From a bacterium (GTDB lineage Bacteria > AUK180), in contig JAGLGN010000020.1 of assembly GCA_023144005.1 (NCBI GenBank), positions 10,941-74,940 of the forward strand: 64,000 bases of DNA, read 5' to 3'. The notes beneath the pieces are model-generated. The model saw only the letters and a program-made list of their open reading frames with translations, was not told where the DNA came from and searched no databases. Shown piece by piece: positions 32,301 through 41,200 of this stretch (its first letter is position 1; each line of letters begins with the position of its first letter). The position numbers and the translations under genes are program-made.

Positions 32301-34532
32301 CAGATTAGCATCAGAACCGACAGCGGACATTTCCAGAAAATCATCAATGCCGTCTGCTTCAAGATTATTGTCACAGTTAAGAAACACCGCGACGGTCCAT
32401 TTCGGCAATACGCTTTCGGGGGTATTTATCTCTACTTCATCGGAGGCAGTCATAGAAAGCGGAACACAATTGGATGCCACTACTTTATAATAGTAAGTGG
32501 TGCCGCCGGAAAGAGAGCTGTCCGTATAGGAAGTTGAAGTGATCCCTGCGGTCATCAATATCGCCGTTGTAGTATCCACAGGTGATGTCTCACTTCTATA
32601 AAGGGCATAAGTTATGGCCTCTGTATCATTTTCCGCATCCGTTGCGGAATCCCAGGCCAATGCCGCGGATGATGATGTGATCAAGGTTGAATCGATGTTT
32701 GAAACACCTGAGACCGACCAATCCGGAGCAGTTGTATCTCCATTATCACAAGCATTCACTGAAGGGCTGGTATCTATATCCGAAGCGGAGCGGGGATTCA
32801 ATCTGTAATGATCATAAGTGTAAAGGAGAACTCCCGTGATCTGTGAAATAGTCTGGCCGTTCGCGAGATCGGCAAGGTAGAAACTATCGTCACAGCTCAA
32901 TTCAAGGGTTCCCGACTGATCCTTGATCTTCCAATATCCGTAAGTACTTAAAGGCGAGCTGACAACAACATCATAAAGCGTCACAAGAACACCCTCATAC
33001 TCCTCCGAGTCGGCATTACAGTCCGCTCCCCATTGGGAAGAGCCGCCGATACTTTCACATGTAACGGTAGCAGGAGTTACAGAATTTCCCGAAGAATTCA
33101 AGGTATATGAAGTAACAGTCGCGATCTCGGTAAGGCCGAAATATTCATCCACTATACCGGTTATTGTAATATTGTCTCCAACGGATGGGGAATAATTGCT
33201 GTCATAAATATAAACCCCGTTCCATGCGCCGTCAGCATCGGCGAAAACATATTTTCCAGTGCCTATTGCGGTAACGATGCCTGTCAGGGTAACCTCTTGT
33301 GTTTCTCTGGGGGAATCGTAGCATTCACTTCCCACAGTCGCCGTGTTCTGAACACTATATATCGTATCTGTGGTCTCCGCGGGAGTTGTTATCTCGATCT
33401 CGTCTGAAGCGGTTCTGGTCACAGGTACGCAATTTGATGCCACGACCTTGTAGTAATATGTTGTTTCTGCTGAAACAGTATTATCCGTAGCACTGGTGGA
33501 TGTGGTTCCAGAAGCTACCAGAGTTGCCGTAGCGGTATCAACAGGAGATGTTCCACTTCTATACAGGTAATATGAAATTGCAAATGTATCATTCTCAACT
33601 TCGGAGGACGCGTCCCACATAAGCGTGACCTGATCCGCCAGAAGTGAGGATGTCTCAATGTTTGACACTCCTGAGACCGCCCAGTCCGGAGGTGTCGTAT
33701 CGGAATCGTCGCACCCGGCGCATGTACCGCCCCATACATCACATACCCATTCGGGGTGATCTATATACGGATTTCTGTTGCCCTGGATCGCGTAAACCGC
33801 GTCGTTTCTGTCTATTTCCTTCTGGCTGACCGGATCTGCGTTATGCCATTCCAGGAACATATCATACGCCCAGGCCTGAAATCCGGGATATGATGTACCG
33901 TTGAAGCTGGTATCGGTCGTGTCCCAGGAATCGATCCGGTCTTCGTACCTTGTCACAGTATAGAAATAGGTTCTTGCAAAATCGCCCTTATATTCATCAA
34001 TGGGTTCAAATATCGCTCCAGAATAACCCGCGTATGAACAACTTCCGACCTTCGAACCATTCGTCGATGTCCAGGTCGGGCTTGAGGTTTCACCGAAGGG
34101 GTAATTTGATCTTCTCCCGTTGACATATCCATCGGTCGGATATACCATAAAAAGATCAGTGTACATGGGAGAAGAGCTCCCGAACCAGCTTGAAGGGATA
34201 GAATGCTCTCTATTATAGCAATCCGCTTCACTGTTATAGGTTCCGCATTGATTCGAACCATGTGTATAAGTGTATGCGGGAGTGCCGCCGGGAACAGTGG
34301 AGTACATATCCCATACGGTATTCGCGCCCGTATTATCAGTGGTCTGATAGGCGATATAAAGGGAATCATAGCTCTGACTGGAATGTCCGTCAATAATATA
34401 GTGAAGATTCGTCTTTAATGTAGCTCCGGTACCCGTAGCTGTATCATAATAGCCTGCGGGAATAGCCGCAAACAGAAGCTGTGAAAACGCGAAAAATGCA
34501 AGAAAGATCAACTTGGTAACTTTCATAGACAC
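26361..34532 (-). CDS. Giant T9SS-secreted multidomain protein (2723 aa): N-terminal Endonuclease I (EndA/Vvn family) nuclease, Fn3 and beta-sandwich repeats, clostripain-like (peptidase C11) domain, ~10 CarboxypepD_reg-like repeats, and a Por-secretion C-terminal domain
   Basis: Endonuclease I motifs: NREHSIPSSW (cf. EWEHVVPAW), VNGRRSNYPF (cf. VNGDRSNFNF), KGDFARTYFYT (cf. RGSIARTYLYM) and GNRNPYIDHPEW (cf. GNHNPFV). C11 motifs: NCDNNLEADG, VIWDHGDGW (catalytic His) and VGYDVCLDQM (catalytic Cys, near nt 31885). Repeated ISGTITDG...GVTVDLSG...TDGSGNYSF units. C-terminal ...VSGVYIYIITDEAGEQIQGKCVILK. The likely true start is the ATG at 34526 (MKVTKLIFLAFFAFSQLLFA signal peptide); the ORF-track start at 34532 is GTG. 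Confidence 0.8.
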   Translation of the reverse strand: MSMKVTKLIFLAFFAFSQLLFAAIPAGYYDTATGTGATLKTNLHYIIDGHSSQSYDSLYIAYQTTDNTGANTVWDMYSTVPGGTPAYTYTHGSNQCGTYNSEADCYNREHSIPSSWFGSSSPMYTDLFMVYPTDGYVNGRRSNYPFGETSSPTWTSTNGSKVGSCSYAGYSGAIFEPIDEYKGDFARTYFYTVTRYEDRIDSWDTTDTSFNGTSYPGFQAWAYDMFLEWHNADPVSQKEIDRNDAVYAIQGNRNPYIDHPEWVCDVWGGTCAGCDDSDTTPPDWAVSGVSNIETSSLLADQVTLMWDASSEVENDTFAISYYLYRSGTSPVDTATATLVASGTTSTSATDNTVSAETTYYYKVVASNCVPVTRTASDEIEITTPAETTDTIYSVQNTATVGSECYDSPRETQEVTLTGIVTAIGTGKYVFADADGAWNGVYIYDSNYSPSVGDNITITGIVDEYFGLTEIATVTSYTLNSSGNSVTPATVTCESIGGSSQWGADCNADSEEYEGVLVTLYDVVVSSPLSTYGYWKIKDQSGTLELSCDDSFYLADLANGQTISQITGVLLYTYDHYRLNPRSASDIDTSPSVNACDNGDTTAPDWSVSGVSNIDSTLITSSSAALAWDSATDAENDTEAITYALYRSETSPVDTTTAILMTAGITSTSYTDSSLSGGTTYYYKVVASNCVPLSMTASDEVEINTPESVLPKWTVAVFLNCDNNLEADGIDDFLEMSAVGSDANLNIVVQMDRIGGYSSLYDDWTSTKRYYITSGMTPTIANAVSDIGEANMGDGDTLVSFGKWVRDNYPAEHYMLVIWDHGDGWRKVEDNLASYKGASSDDTSGDYLYFTSGTPGMLGELGTAFKEIYTYYGSKLDIVGYDVCLDQMWENNAESAPYFDYMVASEMSEWLDGWSYTPFLNDIVSSGGTITPVALANSVVDAYAAGESGSNGWTQSALDLAQVSSGLTPAINSFAIKLRQNLSSYGTQIQNARANTFELDSSYPYYDQIDLYDFCLKLEAQAVPQSLKDSSAAVRTAITNAVTNNFAETGNDCYGTGIYYPLDELDYDAYYDSTLIATTSNWDEFIQRETLAACDDSDTTPPDWTVSGVSDIAVTNTASSSITLSWGVAADTENTTEAVTYDLYRSGSTPVDTSTATVVASNLTGTAYADSTVVPENTYYYKIAAKNCVPLEKEASDEVKTTTPAGPAGDTIYSVQFTGTLGSGCYDSPRDAEEVTLTGVVTAIATGKYVISDADGAWNGLYVYDSNYTPTVGDNITITGTVDEYFGLTELTTITSYTLNSSGNPVNATTTTVEEIGDNDPEGANCDLVPEAYEGVLVTFYDVVVSSTTGNHGYWEFRDSAGTKILGCDDAFYHAEMTAGQTISQLTGVLLYGYDYYRLNPRSAADIDTSGASLCDDSDTTAPDWTVSGISNLDSTSVSQTSVALSWDAASDSDNNTQALTYDLYRSNSTPLNTTTATLLANNTVLTTYADNTVSASNTYYYLVTVSNCVPLSRDSSDELTVITPAVPVDTIYSIQFTGSVGSECYDSPREAEEVTLTGNVTAVGTNKYIITDADGAWNGIYVYDFTNFPVIGDNITITGTVDEYFGLSQINTITAYAVNSSGNSTNATTTTVEEIGDNDPEGANCDLVPEAYEGVLVTFYDVVVSSTTGNHGYWEFRDSAGTKILGCDDAFYHAEMTAGQTISQLTGVLLYGYDYYRLNPRSVADINTAPLPVICDPADVTAADWTVSGVSNICSTAISHTSIDLEWDAASDLENDTLPLTYDLYRDTVTISDTSSLTPIVEDTEANTYLDTGLTMETTYYYKVVVRNCVPLEREASDELAIATLPACDPADTTAPDWAVSGISNIDSTVVTYNAITIVWDAATDAQQTIEEVIYDLYRSGTTPVDTITATLLASDTNALTFADSGLTPATGYFYLVVAKNCIPLSRDASDELDVITKSLPHTISGTITDGAVPMAGVTVDLSGYSSASTVTDGSGNYSFADVPHGESYTVTPSFTHYSFSPSFTDIASLDSDQTSVDFTGTLNTWDISGTITDGANPLSGVTVDLSGSATATTTTDGSGNYSFAGLDAGGDYTVTPSLTHYTFAPISTTYTDLSADETATDFTGTLNTWDVSGTITDGTDPLSGVTVDLSGYVSASTTTDGSGNYSFAGLDAGATYTVTPSYTHYMFVPSGTTHFNLGGDRNNTDFTGTIDTWDISGTITDGTNPISGVTVDLSGSATATTVTDGSGNYSFADLDAGGDYTMTPSHTHYIFAPVNISILDLSANDTGNDFTGTLKTWDISGTITNGATPLSGVTVDLTGSATTFAVTDGSGNYSFAGLDAGGDYTVTPSLTHYSFAPTSTEHTDLSADETSTDFTAILNTWTISGTITDGANPISGVTVDLSGYASATTTTDGSGNYSFAGLNAGEDFAVTPSMTHYTFAAPSNSYNNISSDISSSDFTGTLNTWDISGNITDGTNPISGATVDLSGYATASTTTDGSGNYSFAGLDAGKDYTVTPSHTHYEFSPANTNCTVLSANVSDVDFTGTLNSWSISGNIMSGITPLADIKVVLTGASTTEVYTDISGYYLFTDLDAGATYTVTPEVGLYKYTPETAQFIDLTISQVQDFDAVNNYAQGLGDVVVYPVPWSSNMGIEHITFANLTENSSIAIYSISGEFVIKMQPELIDHTWDLRTRRGKKVVSGVYIYIITDEAGEQIQGKCVILK
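29364..30610. repeat. Internal tandem duplication inside the 2723-aa gene: ~290-bp blocks at 29364-29650 and 30324-30610 are >99% identical (960-bp period)
   Basis: Antisense shadow ORFs 29421..29999 and 30381..30650 share identical N-termini. The encoded segments (ATTTTVEEIGDNDPEGANCDLVPEAYEGVLVTFYDVVVSSTTGNHGYWEFRDSAGTKILGCDD...) are repeated almost exactly. A third, ~75% identical copy lies near 32770-33060. Confidence 0.75.
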
Positions 34533-34539
34533 CTCAATT

Positions 34540-34568
34540 AGTTTATCTTATTTGAATTAATATATCAA
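34540..34568 (-). promoter_or_regulatory. Candidate sigma70-type promoter for the 2723-aa gene (-35 TTGATA, 17-nt spacer, -10 TAAACT)
   Basis: Minus-strand read immediately upstream of the GAGGTG RBS and the ATG at 34526. Confidence 0.3.
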
Positions 34569-34773
34569 TACCGATTAAGCAAAAAGAAGTTCCAGGTTCA
34601 AAGGTTCACAAGTGTTAACGTATGATGTGTAGCGTGTCAAGTGAAATGTAATAAATATTCACACCCGTAACCGGAAAATCGTTATTTCGTTTCTTTCATT
34701 AAAATCACCCGTTATAATAATAGAACGCCGGAGCGAAGTAAGATGTGGGACACGCCGTACTCCGCAGGAGTTC

Positions 34774-34913
34774 GACTGTCCCGATGTAAAAGTTCCAAGC
34801 AAAGAGTTGACAGGAAGCGAAGCGTGTAAACTCTTTGCCCCGTTAGAATCAAACGGAAACATTCTCCACACATCTTTGAATGTTATCCCCTTTCTCTTTA
34901 GTCATTCCCGTGC
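34774..34913. repeat. ~125-bp conserved intergenic element, copy A (contains 10-bp inverted repeat GCAAAGAGTT...AACTCTTTGC)
   Basis: About 90% identical to copy B at 36661-36779 (GACTGTCCC...CCAAGCAAAGAGTTGACAGGAAGCG[A/T]AGCGTGTAAACTCTTTGCCCCGTTAGAATCA...TTGAATGT..CATTCCCGTG). Copy A carries a 16-nt indel. Confidence 0.6.
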
Positions 34914-34990
34914 AGTTTACCCCGATTACATCGGGGATCGGGAATCCATCTTACTCCACCTTTCAACTTTTGAACTTTTGAACATTCTTT

Positions 34991-35863
34991 TTACAGATTG
35001 GCCAGGAAAAGAAGGGAGCCGATCGCTAAAATGAAAAGCGCACCGATGATCTCCAGGATTTTCTGCAGGAGATTCATTGTTTTGCTCTGACTTGACGCGA
35101 GTTTCATTGCGCTCTTCTTTGAGAGCACGGTCGCTACACCGACCAGGGAAATAGTAGTGCCCATCCCTATGCCCATTGATAGGACCGCAGCGACACCAAG
35201 AAGCAGAAGCCCGATCGAGACGCAAAATATCATTATAAGGATCCCACCGGTACATGGAATTATTCCGATCGCGATGATTAGAGGTAAAACGCTTTTCTGG
35301 GATTCGTGTTCAATGTCAGCTGTCGATTCTTTGACAATCCGTTTTTTCAAGGCGAATCTCACGAGCAGAGCAAATCCGATGAGTGCGATGACGCCGTAAC
35401 TGATCAACTTTATTATTCTTTCAACATTCTGTATCGAATGAAAGAACGCCGCTTTCAAAAGAAAGTACATCAGAAGAACTACCACTATCGAAGAGATCGA
35501 GTGAAGGACGCCAATGGACCCGCCGCTCAGGATCCCTTTTTTTATCGACCCTTCCTCTGAAAGAAAGTATGAGAAGATCAGGGTCTTGCCGTGCCCCGGC
35601 CCTACCGCATGTATTACGCCGTATAGAAAGGAAAGCAGCAGGATTATAATAATGGTCTTGGGAGACTTGTCCTCCTTGATCTTACGGGCCAATATAGCTA
35701 TCTTGTCGTTGATCTTTTTCTGTACGGGAGCGATCGTTTCTACGATCTTTCTGATAAATGTTGGATATATCGATTTTTTCTTCTTTGGGAAATACTGCTT
35801 GTTCTGAGCAAAAACAGGCAGGAGCATCATTAATAAGATTATAGCAATAATGATCTTCTTCAT
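34991..35863 (-). CDS. NicO/RcnA-like metal (Ni/Co) transporter permease (COG2215-type)
   Basis: Membrane protein with HAVGPGHGKT, the signature motif of the NicO nickel/cobalt efflux family. 4-nt overlap with the upstream DUF1007 gene. Confidence 0.6.
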   Translation of the reverse strand: MKKIIIAIILLMMLLPVFAQNKQYFPKKKKSIYPTFIRKIVETIAPVQKKINDKIAILARKIKEDKSPKTIIIILLLSFLYGVIHAVGPGHGKTLIFSYFLSEEGSIKKGILSGGSIGVLHSISSIVVVLLMYFLLKAAFFHSIQNVERIIKLISYGVIALIGFALLVRFALKKRIVKESTADIEHESQKSVLPLIIAIGIIPCTGGILIMIFCVSIGLLLLGVAAVLSMGIGMGTTISLVGVATVLSKKSAMKLASSQSKTMNLLQKILEIIGALFILAIGSLLFLANL

Positions 35864-36501
35864 TTAACTCCTGACAGTATCACAAAGATCTCCTGCAATC
35901 GTTCTTGGCCTTTGTAGGATTTTCCGGTAATCTTATCGTAGATCGTGTACTCGCGTTTTATATTCTGACCACCCTCGAAACTCACAGTATCCACGCTTGA
36001 AAGTGTAAACGCTACAAAAATAGTTTCGTCATACATAAATAATCGGATCTCCACTTCTTTCCCAAGTGCGTTGATCTCGCAGGGAATGAGGAATTCAAAA
36101 ACAACTCGATCACCCTGATAATATGCAGTGAAATCCTTTGCTTTCTTGAACTTGAAAAATTCTCCGTTAATGTATATATATGTGTAACAGTCGTATTGCT
36201 GGATGTTTTTAAAGATACTGCTTTTGATCTCCGCGATCTCCTTTTTTTCAAATTGCGAATTCTTGTTCGTGTCAAAGTCGTCGCTGACCGTGATACTGAA
36301 GAATTCGTCAAAGACCCATTTTACTTTTATGCCTGTAAGTCCGGCCTCATCAAAAACGAAATGAGCCGAATAGTCGATGAAGAGATGCGGGTGAGAAGAA
36401 GGGAGTAATTTTGCGGACAGGAAGAAGAGGAGCACAAGGGGCAATATGATAATTACCCTTTTGAAATTTGCGTACTTTAACAAGGCATGAAAGATTTTCA
36501 T
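35860..36501 (-). CDS. DUF1007-family periplasmic component (COG3683) partnered with the NicO-like permease
   Basis: Signal peptide. 213 aa. Conserved operonic pairing with COG2215 permeases. A candidate promoter (TTGGAC-17-TAAAAT) ends 7 nt before the ATG, so the transcript may be leaderless. Confidence 0.5.
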   Translation of the reverse strand: MKIFHALLKYANFKRVIIILPLVLLFFLSAKLLPSSHPHLFIDYSAHFVFDEAGLTGIKVKWVFDEFFSITVSDDFDTNKNSQFEKKEIAEIKSSIFKNIQQYDCYTYIYINGEFFKFKKAKDFTAYYQGDRVVFEFLIPCEINALGKEVEIRLFMYDETIFVAFTLSSVDTVSFEGGQNIKREYTIYDKITGKSYKGQERLQEIFVILSGVK

Positions 36502-36660
36502 TTGTTGTATTTTACATCATTTACCGGAATTGTCCAAATATGGGACAAGCTTCGCAGTGCACCAGTGGACCCAGGGACAAGTGTCCCAGTAGTGAAGGAA
36601 AAGAGAAACACACCCGTAACACAAGAAAAGAGGGACATGCCGTCGACAACTTATTGGCAC

Positions 36661-36779
36661 GACTGTCCCGGATAAAGGTACCAAGCAAAGAGTTGACAGG
36701 AAGCGTAGCGTGTAAACTCTTTGCCCCGTTAGAATCACACGGGAACATCCTCCACACATATTTGAATGTCATTCCCGTG
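36661..36779. repeat. ~125-bp conserved intergenic element, copy B
   Basis: See copy A at 34774-34913. Located ~160-280 nt upstream of the DUF1007/NicO operon start. Confidence 0.6.
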
Positions 36780-36865
36780 AAAGAGGAAATTCATCCCTCT
36801 CTACCTTGTGTTTTTGTTTCTTGTGCACTGCGAAGCATACCCACCTCGCACATCACACATTTGAC

Positions 36866-38227
36866 TTATTTAAGAAGCTCCTTTATTAGGCCTTTGACTT
36901 CCGGACTGGCGTTCTTTTTCAATTTGATAGTACCGGAGGTTTCTATTCGTGATGTCTCGACATCCACTATCTTTGCCCGTATATAATACATATTGTTTAT
37001 TAATGATATCTTGCCGATGACCATCTTGTTCACGGCAAGTATTTTACCTACTTCTACCGCGCATTCGGCTGAAACACAACCGGTTTTCTGAAACTCGACT
37101 TCATCCATTATCACTTTTAACGCGCTTCTTTCTATTACGGTGTATTTGCCGGTATCAAGGAGTTCGTCGCTGATCATATCCTCTATTACATCGCTGTAAC
37201 TTTCCGGAACCTCAGGTGCCTCAAATTCCATTATGGCGATCGAGATCATCTTTTTCGGTACTTCCTCTGCAAAAGATCTCTTTTTCTCCTTTTTGGGTTT
37301 TGATACATATTTTCTTTCAGGCATTGAAAAATCAAGGCCTGCTGAAATAAAGTGAAACCCTGTGAGATCTCCCATAGCAAAGGTATAGTCCACTTGATAG
37401 TTAGCATACATTACTCCAATACCAGCGCTTAAGCCCGAAGCCAGCTCATTTCTGTCAAGCTGATAGGCAGCACGCAGGGAAATGATATTATTAATGATGT
37501 ATTCCGCTCCAAGGCCGAATTTCATCGGTGAATCCGCCGGACCCAGGAAATATGTGCCAGCGGCGTTTATCTTCAGCGTACCGTCCAGAAAGTCCTTGCC
37601 CACACTGAGTCCAAGCCGTCCCGGCGTCATTGAGTCATCCCCTGAAGAGATAGCAATGATATCATTCAATGATAATCCCACCTTGAGAATGTCAAGTGCA
37701 TACTCCATTCCCATGGAGAGGTAGGCATAGGAGAACTTCTCCTCCGCAATATCCCCTGTTTCGGGTAATGTCTGGGACAATAATGAAAAACTGATCCCGG
37801 CCGTAAGCGCCGGCATGATCTTTCTTACATATCCCGCTCTTATTATGCTATCTCCGGTAAGAGAAGCGTTTTCATCGAGGATCTCTCCAAATTCATCTAC
37901 CGCGATATAATCAGGATTCGCGATCATCTGATAAGAGACAAAAGCGAAATTGTCCTCTCCAATGGTCATTGCAAGTGAAGTCTGATTATGAGCCCTGCCG
38001 CTGAATACACCGGGGAAATATGAAAATCTCAACGAGAACTGATCTTTGATCCTCGCGGCAGAGGCACAATTAAAGCTCAGATAAGCCAAGGGCCTGTCTG
38101 AAGTTATCCCGCCCGGAAGCGCGAGCGTCAAGCCGTCAACGGGAGTGAACATTTCGGAATACCCGAGATCACCTGCGGAAGCGAATACGCATAGAATAAC
38201 GGCACATGATAATATCATCCGCTTCAT
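36866..38227 (-). CDS. Outer-membrane protein: N-terminal predicted beta-barrel plus a C-terminal ~120-aa periplasmic alpha/beta module (CsgG/LpoB/TolB-N-like)
   Basis: Signal peptide. A K-rich linker (KPKKEKKRSF) follows the barrel. The C-terminal module has ISIAIMEFEA...GCVSAECAVEVGKILAVNKMVIGKI. Lies downstream of the LVIVD T9SS cargo gene. Confidence 0.4.
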   Translation of the reverse strand: MKRMILSCAVILCVFASAGDLGYSEMFTPVDGLTLALPGGITSDRPLAYLSFNCASAARIKDQFSLRFSYFPGVFSGRAHNQTSLAMTIGEDNFAFVSYQMIANPDYIAVDEFGEILDENASLTGDSIIRAGYVRKIMPALTAGISFSLLSQTLPETGDIAEEKFSYAYLSMGMEYALDILKVGLSLNDIIAISSGDDSMTPGRLGLSVGKDFLDGTLKINAAGTYFLGPADSPMKFGLGAEYIINNIISLRAAYQLDRNELASGLSAGIGVMYANYQVDYTFAMGDLTGFHFISAGLDFSMPERKYVSKPKKEKKRSFAEEVPKKMISIAIMEFEAPEVPESYSDVIEDMISDELLDTGKYTVIERSALKVIMDEVEFQKTGCVSAECAVEVGKILAVNKMVIGKISLINNMYYIRAKIVDVETSRIETSGTIKLKKNASPEVKGLIKELLK

Positions 38228-38230
38228 CTT

Positions 38231-41200
38231 TTACTCCTCGCCTCTTCTGAAATACACGGTCAGCACTATTGCTTCAGAACCGTCCACTGGACGGACCACA
38301 AGGAAATACACACCGGAGAGCAATTTATTACCTGACTCGTCTTCGGCTATATTCAACAGCATAGGCCCGTTTTCGGCAGATTCCCAGCTCATTAACTCTG
38401 AACCTCCCGCATCATATAGAGAAAGACCGTCGTCAGCCGCAAGATCGGTTACGCGGATAGTTCCCGTTGTGGGATTGGGGATCACGATGCATTGGTCATA
38501 TGTTTTAAAAGCGGTAAAATCACAATCGATAATTCCCGCGGAAAGATCAGTATATGTTCTGAATGCCGGGGTGTAGCTATAACCGGGAGCTGCGACCGAA
38601 ACCGTATATGTCTCTCCGGCATCAAGACCGGTGAATGTGAAAACACCCAGAATATTTGTCGAGACATTCATTTCCGCGCCACCTGTGACGGTGACAATTA
38701 GATCCGAAATGACGGAATCCGACAATTCATCGGTAACTTTTCCCTGTATGTCCCACTTATCGACCTGACCGGTGAAATCCGCATTTGATACGGATGAGGA
38801 AAGCTCGGTATAATTATGTGAGGCAGGGGTGAAAGTATAATGCGTGAGTGAAATAGTAACACTGTATGTCTCACCGCCGGGAAGATCGTCAAATCGATAG
38901 TACCCGGTGGCAGAAGTTAACAAGGATCCTGTAGAAAATCCCGACAGATCCACGCTTGCAGAAGAAATGGGATCACCCACACCATCCTCAACAATACCGG
39001 ATATGGTCCACTTGTCGTAAGCAGCCGTGAAATCGTTGGCTTCTGAATTATTGCTGAGATCAGGGACCGTTCTGGATGCCGGGACAAATGAATAATTTGT
39101 AAGTGAAGGAGTTATCGTATATGGGGACCCCGCAGGAAGATCACTGACAATGTAATATCCTGAGGCGTTCGTAGTCGTCGGCGTATCTGTAGTACCGTCT
39201 GAAACCGTTACAGTTACACCGGAAAGAGGCGAACTGTCTTCGGTGATGGTGCCGTCGAGGTACCATGTATTGATCACTGCGACATAGTCATCATCCTGGT
39301 TCGCGCTCGTATCCGAAAATGTCCTGGAAACCGGATCAAAAGTATAATGTGTCTTTGACAGTGTAACGGTATAAGTGGCATGGACAGGAAGGCCGGTGAA
39401 TGAAAAATTCCCGGAAGCATTTGTTACAGTGGTTCCGGTCGAATCACCCGAAAGGTCTGCAGTCACCCCTTCCAGAGGTGTGCTCATCGAATATCCGTCC
39501 CAAACGGTACCAGCGATGTTCATCGTCAACAGAGTCGCGTCAAATGGAGGGAAGATTAAATGATTTGTAATAAGATCGGAAATTTCCACTTCCGTTGGCG
39601 AAAACGAATACTGTAGATGAGAAGGTGTAAAGGTATAAGTGCCGCCCGCAGACAGATTTTCAAAAATGAAATATCCTGCTCCATCGGTTATTCTGCTTCC
39701 AGTGGAATCTCCTGTAAGATTAACGGCTATACCGGAAAATGGCGATCCATCAAGCTCTACATTACCTTCTACTTGGTAAAGGTGAAGCGTTCCTGTAAAA
39801 TCCTGATTCGTCATATCCCCGGAAAGATCGGGAAGTGTCCGTGAGGAGGGCGCAAAACCGTAATAAAGAGGATCAGGAGTAATAGTAAATGTTCCGCCCT
39901 GAAGAAGATTTGCGAACTCATAATAACCCGAAGCGTCAGTAATAGTGTTTCCCGTGGAATCTCCGCTTAGGGAAACCGAAACACCCTCAAGAGCAACTAC
40001 CATTGAATCCGCTATCGAGCCCGAGATCGTTGCGACGGGATCGGAAAGGGTACAGTCAAGGATGAAATACCCTCCCAGTTTGTCGCCTACAAAAATATAT
40101 TCCGAGTCGGCGTAGATGCAGTACGCCGAACCTGTAGTTTCATAATAACCCACTTCGGAAGGAGATGTGGGGTCAGAAACGTCCAGGATCCTGAGGCCGG
40201 CGGTATTGGCCGCTACATACAAATATCCGTTCTGATACCACACATCCACCGCTTCACCAAGTGTATTGTGGTAGGTTTCCAGAGACGGCGCAGAAGGGGT
40301 GGTGATATCTATTATCGCGACACCCGAATTTCCATCGGCGACAAAGGCATGATTTCCGTAGACTGCAACCCCGTTGGAAACACCGGTTGTATTATAATCT
40401 CCGACCTCAGTAGGTGAATCAGGATTTGAAACATTGAGGACCTTGAGGCCGTCAGCGCCGGAAGCCACATAGGCATAATCATTTACAACATACACATCAT
40501 ATACATACGATGGAACGGTATAAGAGCTCCGTTCCGTAGGAGAATCAGGAGTGGACACATCTATGATCCTCAAGCCGCCGGCCATATCCGCATCATAAAT
40601 ATCTGTTCCGTAGAGAAATATTTTAGTTGCCTCGTCCGGTGTATCGCACACTGCTAGGGCGGTCATTGAAGACGGATTACTGATATTCCAGACCCGGACC
40701 CCACTAATGTAGTCAGCTATATAGAGGTAATTTCCGGAGACGATAACATCCCTGGCATACCATCCGGTCGCCTTACTTTCAAGTACCTCTGGGTTATATG
40801 GGTCGGTAATGTCTACTGAAGTGATCCCCATGGAATCATTGGCAACATACAGATAATTGCCCTGACGCCAGATACCGTAAACATTTCCGGGAACATCAAG
40901 AACCGCTTTTTCAGAAACATTAGAGATATTTGTTACATCAAGAACTGAGAGTCCCCCTCTGCCGGCGGCAACATAGAGGTCGTTTCCGTTTACCGCCACG
41001 CCCCACGAGTAGCCATTCGCGTAAAATTGGTCCTCCTCCTGCATAAGGAACATCGCCATGGAATCATCCCATGTTTGTGAATAGGTCCTTATTCCGCCTG
41101 TATAATCGGCAACGAATGCCTCACTGCTGGAATTGTAAACGACATCTTTTGAGCTACTGGTAGTAAAGAAGTCCTCAACCATTGGGAAGCTGGGCACACT

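Noticed and set aside
26361-34532. Numerous antisense ORFs inside the giant genes (e.g. 29421..29999, 30381..30650, 18695..19006, 4649..5137, 5859..6386)
   Set aside because: They are shadow ORFs on the strand opposite to long, well-supported coding sequences. Their duplicated N-termini merely reflect the internal DNA repeats.
36661-36779. The 125-bp element upstream of the NicO/DUF1007 operon read as a NiCo (czcD) riboswitch
   Set aside because: It lies upstream of the predicted promoter and not in a 5' UTR. A near-identical copy sits upstream of an unrelated giant secreted-protein gene. A dispersed repeat is therefore more parsimonious, and only an Rfam scan could revive the idea.
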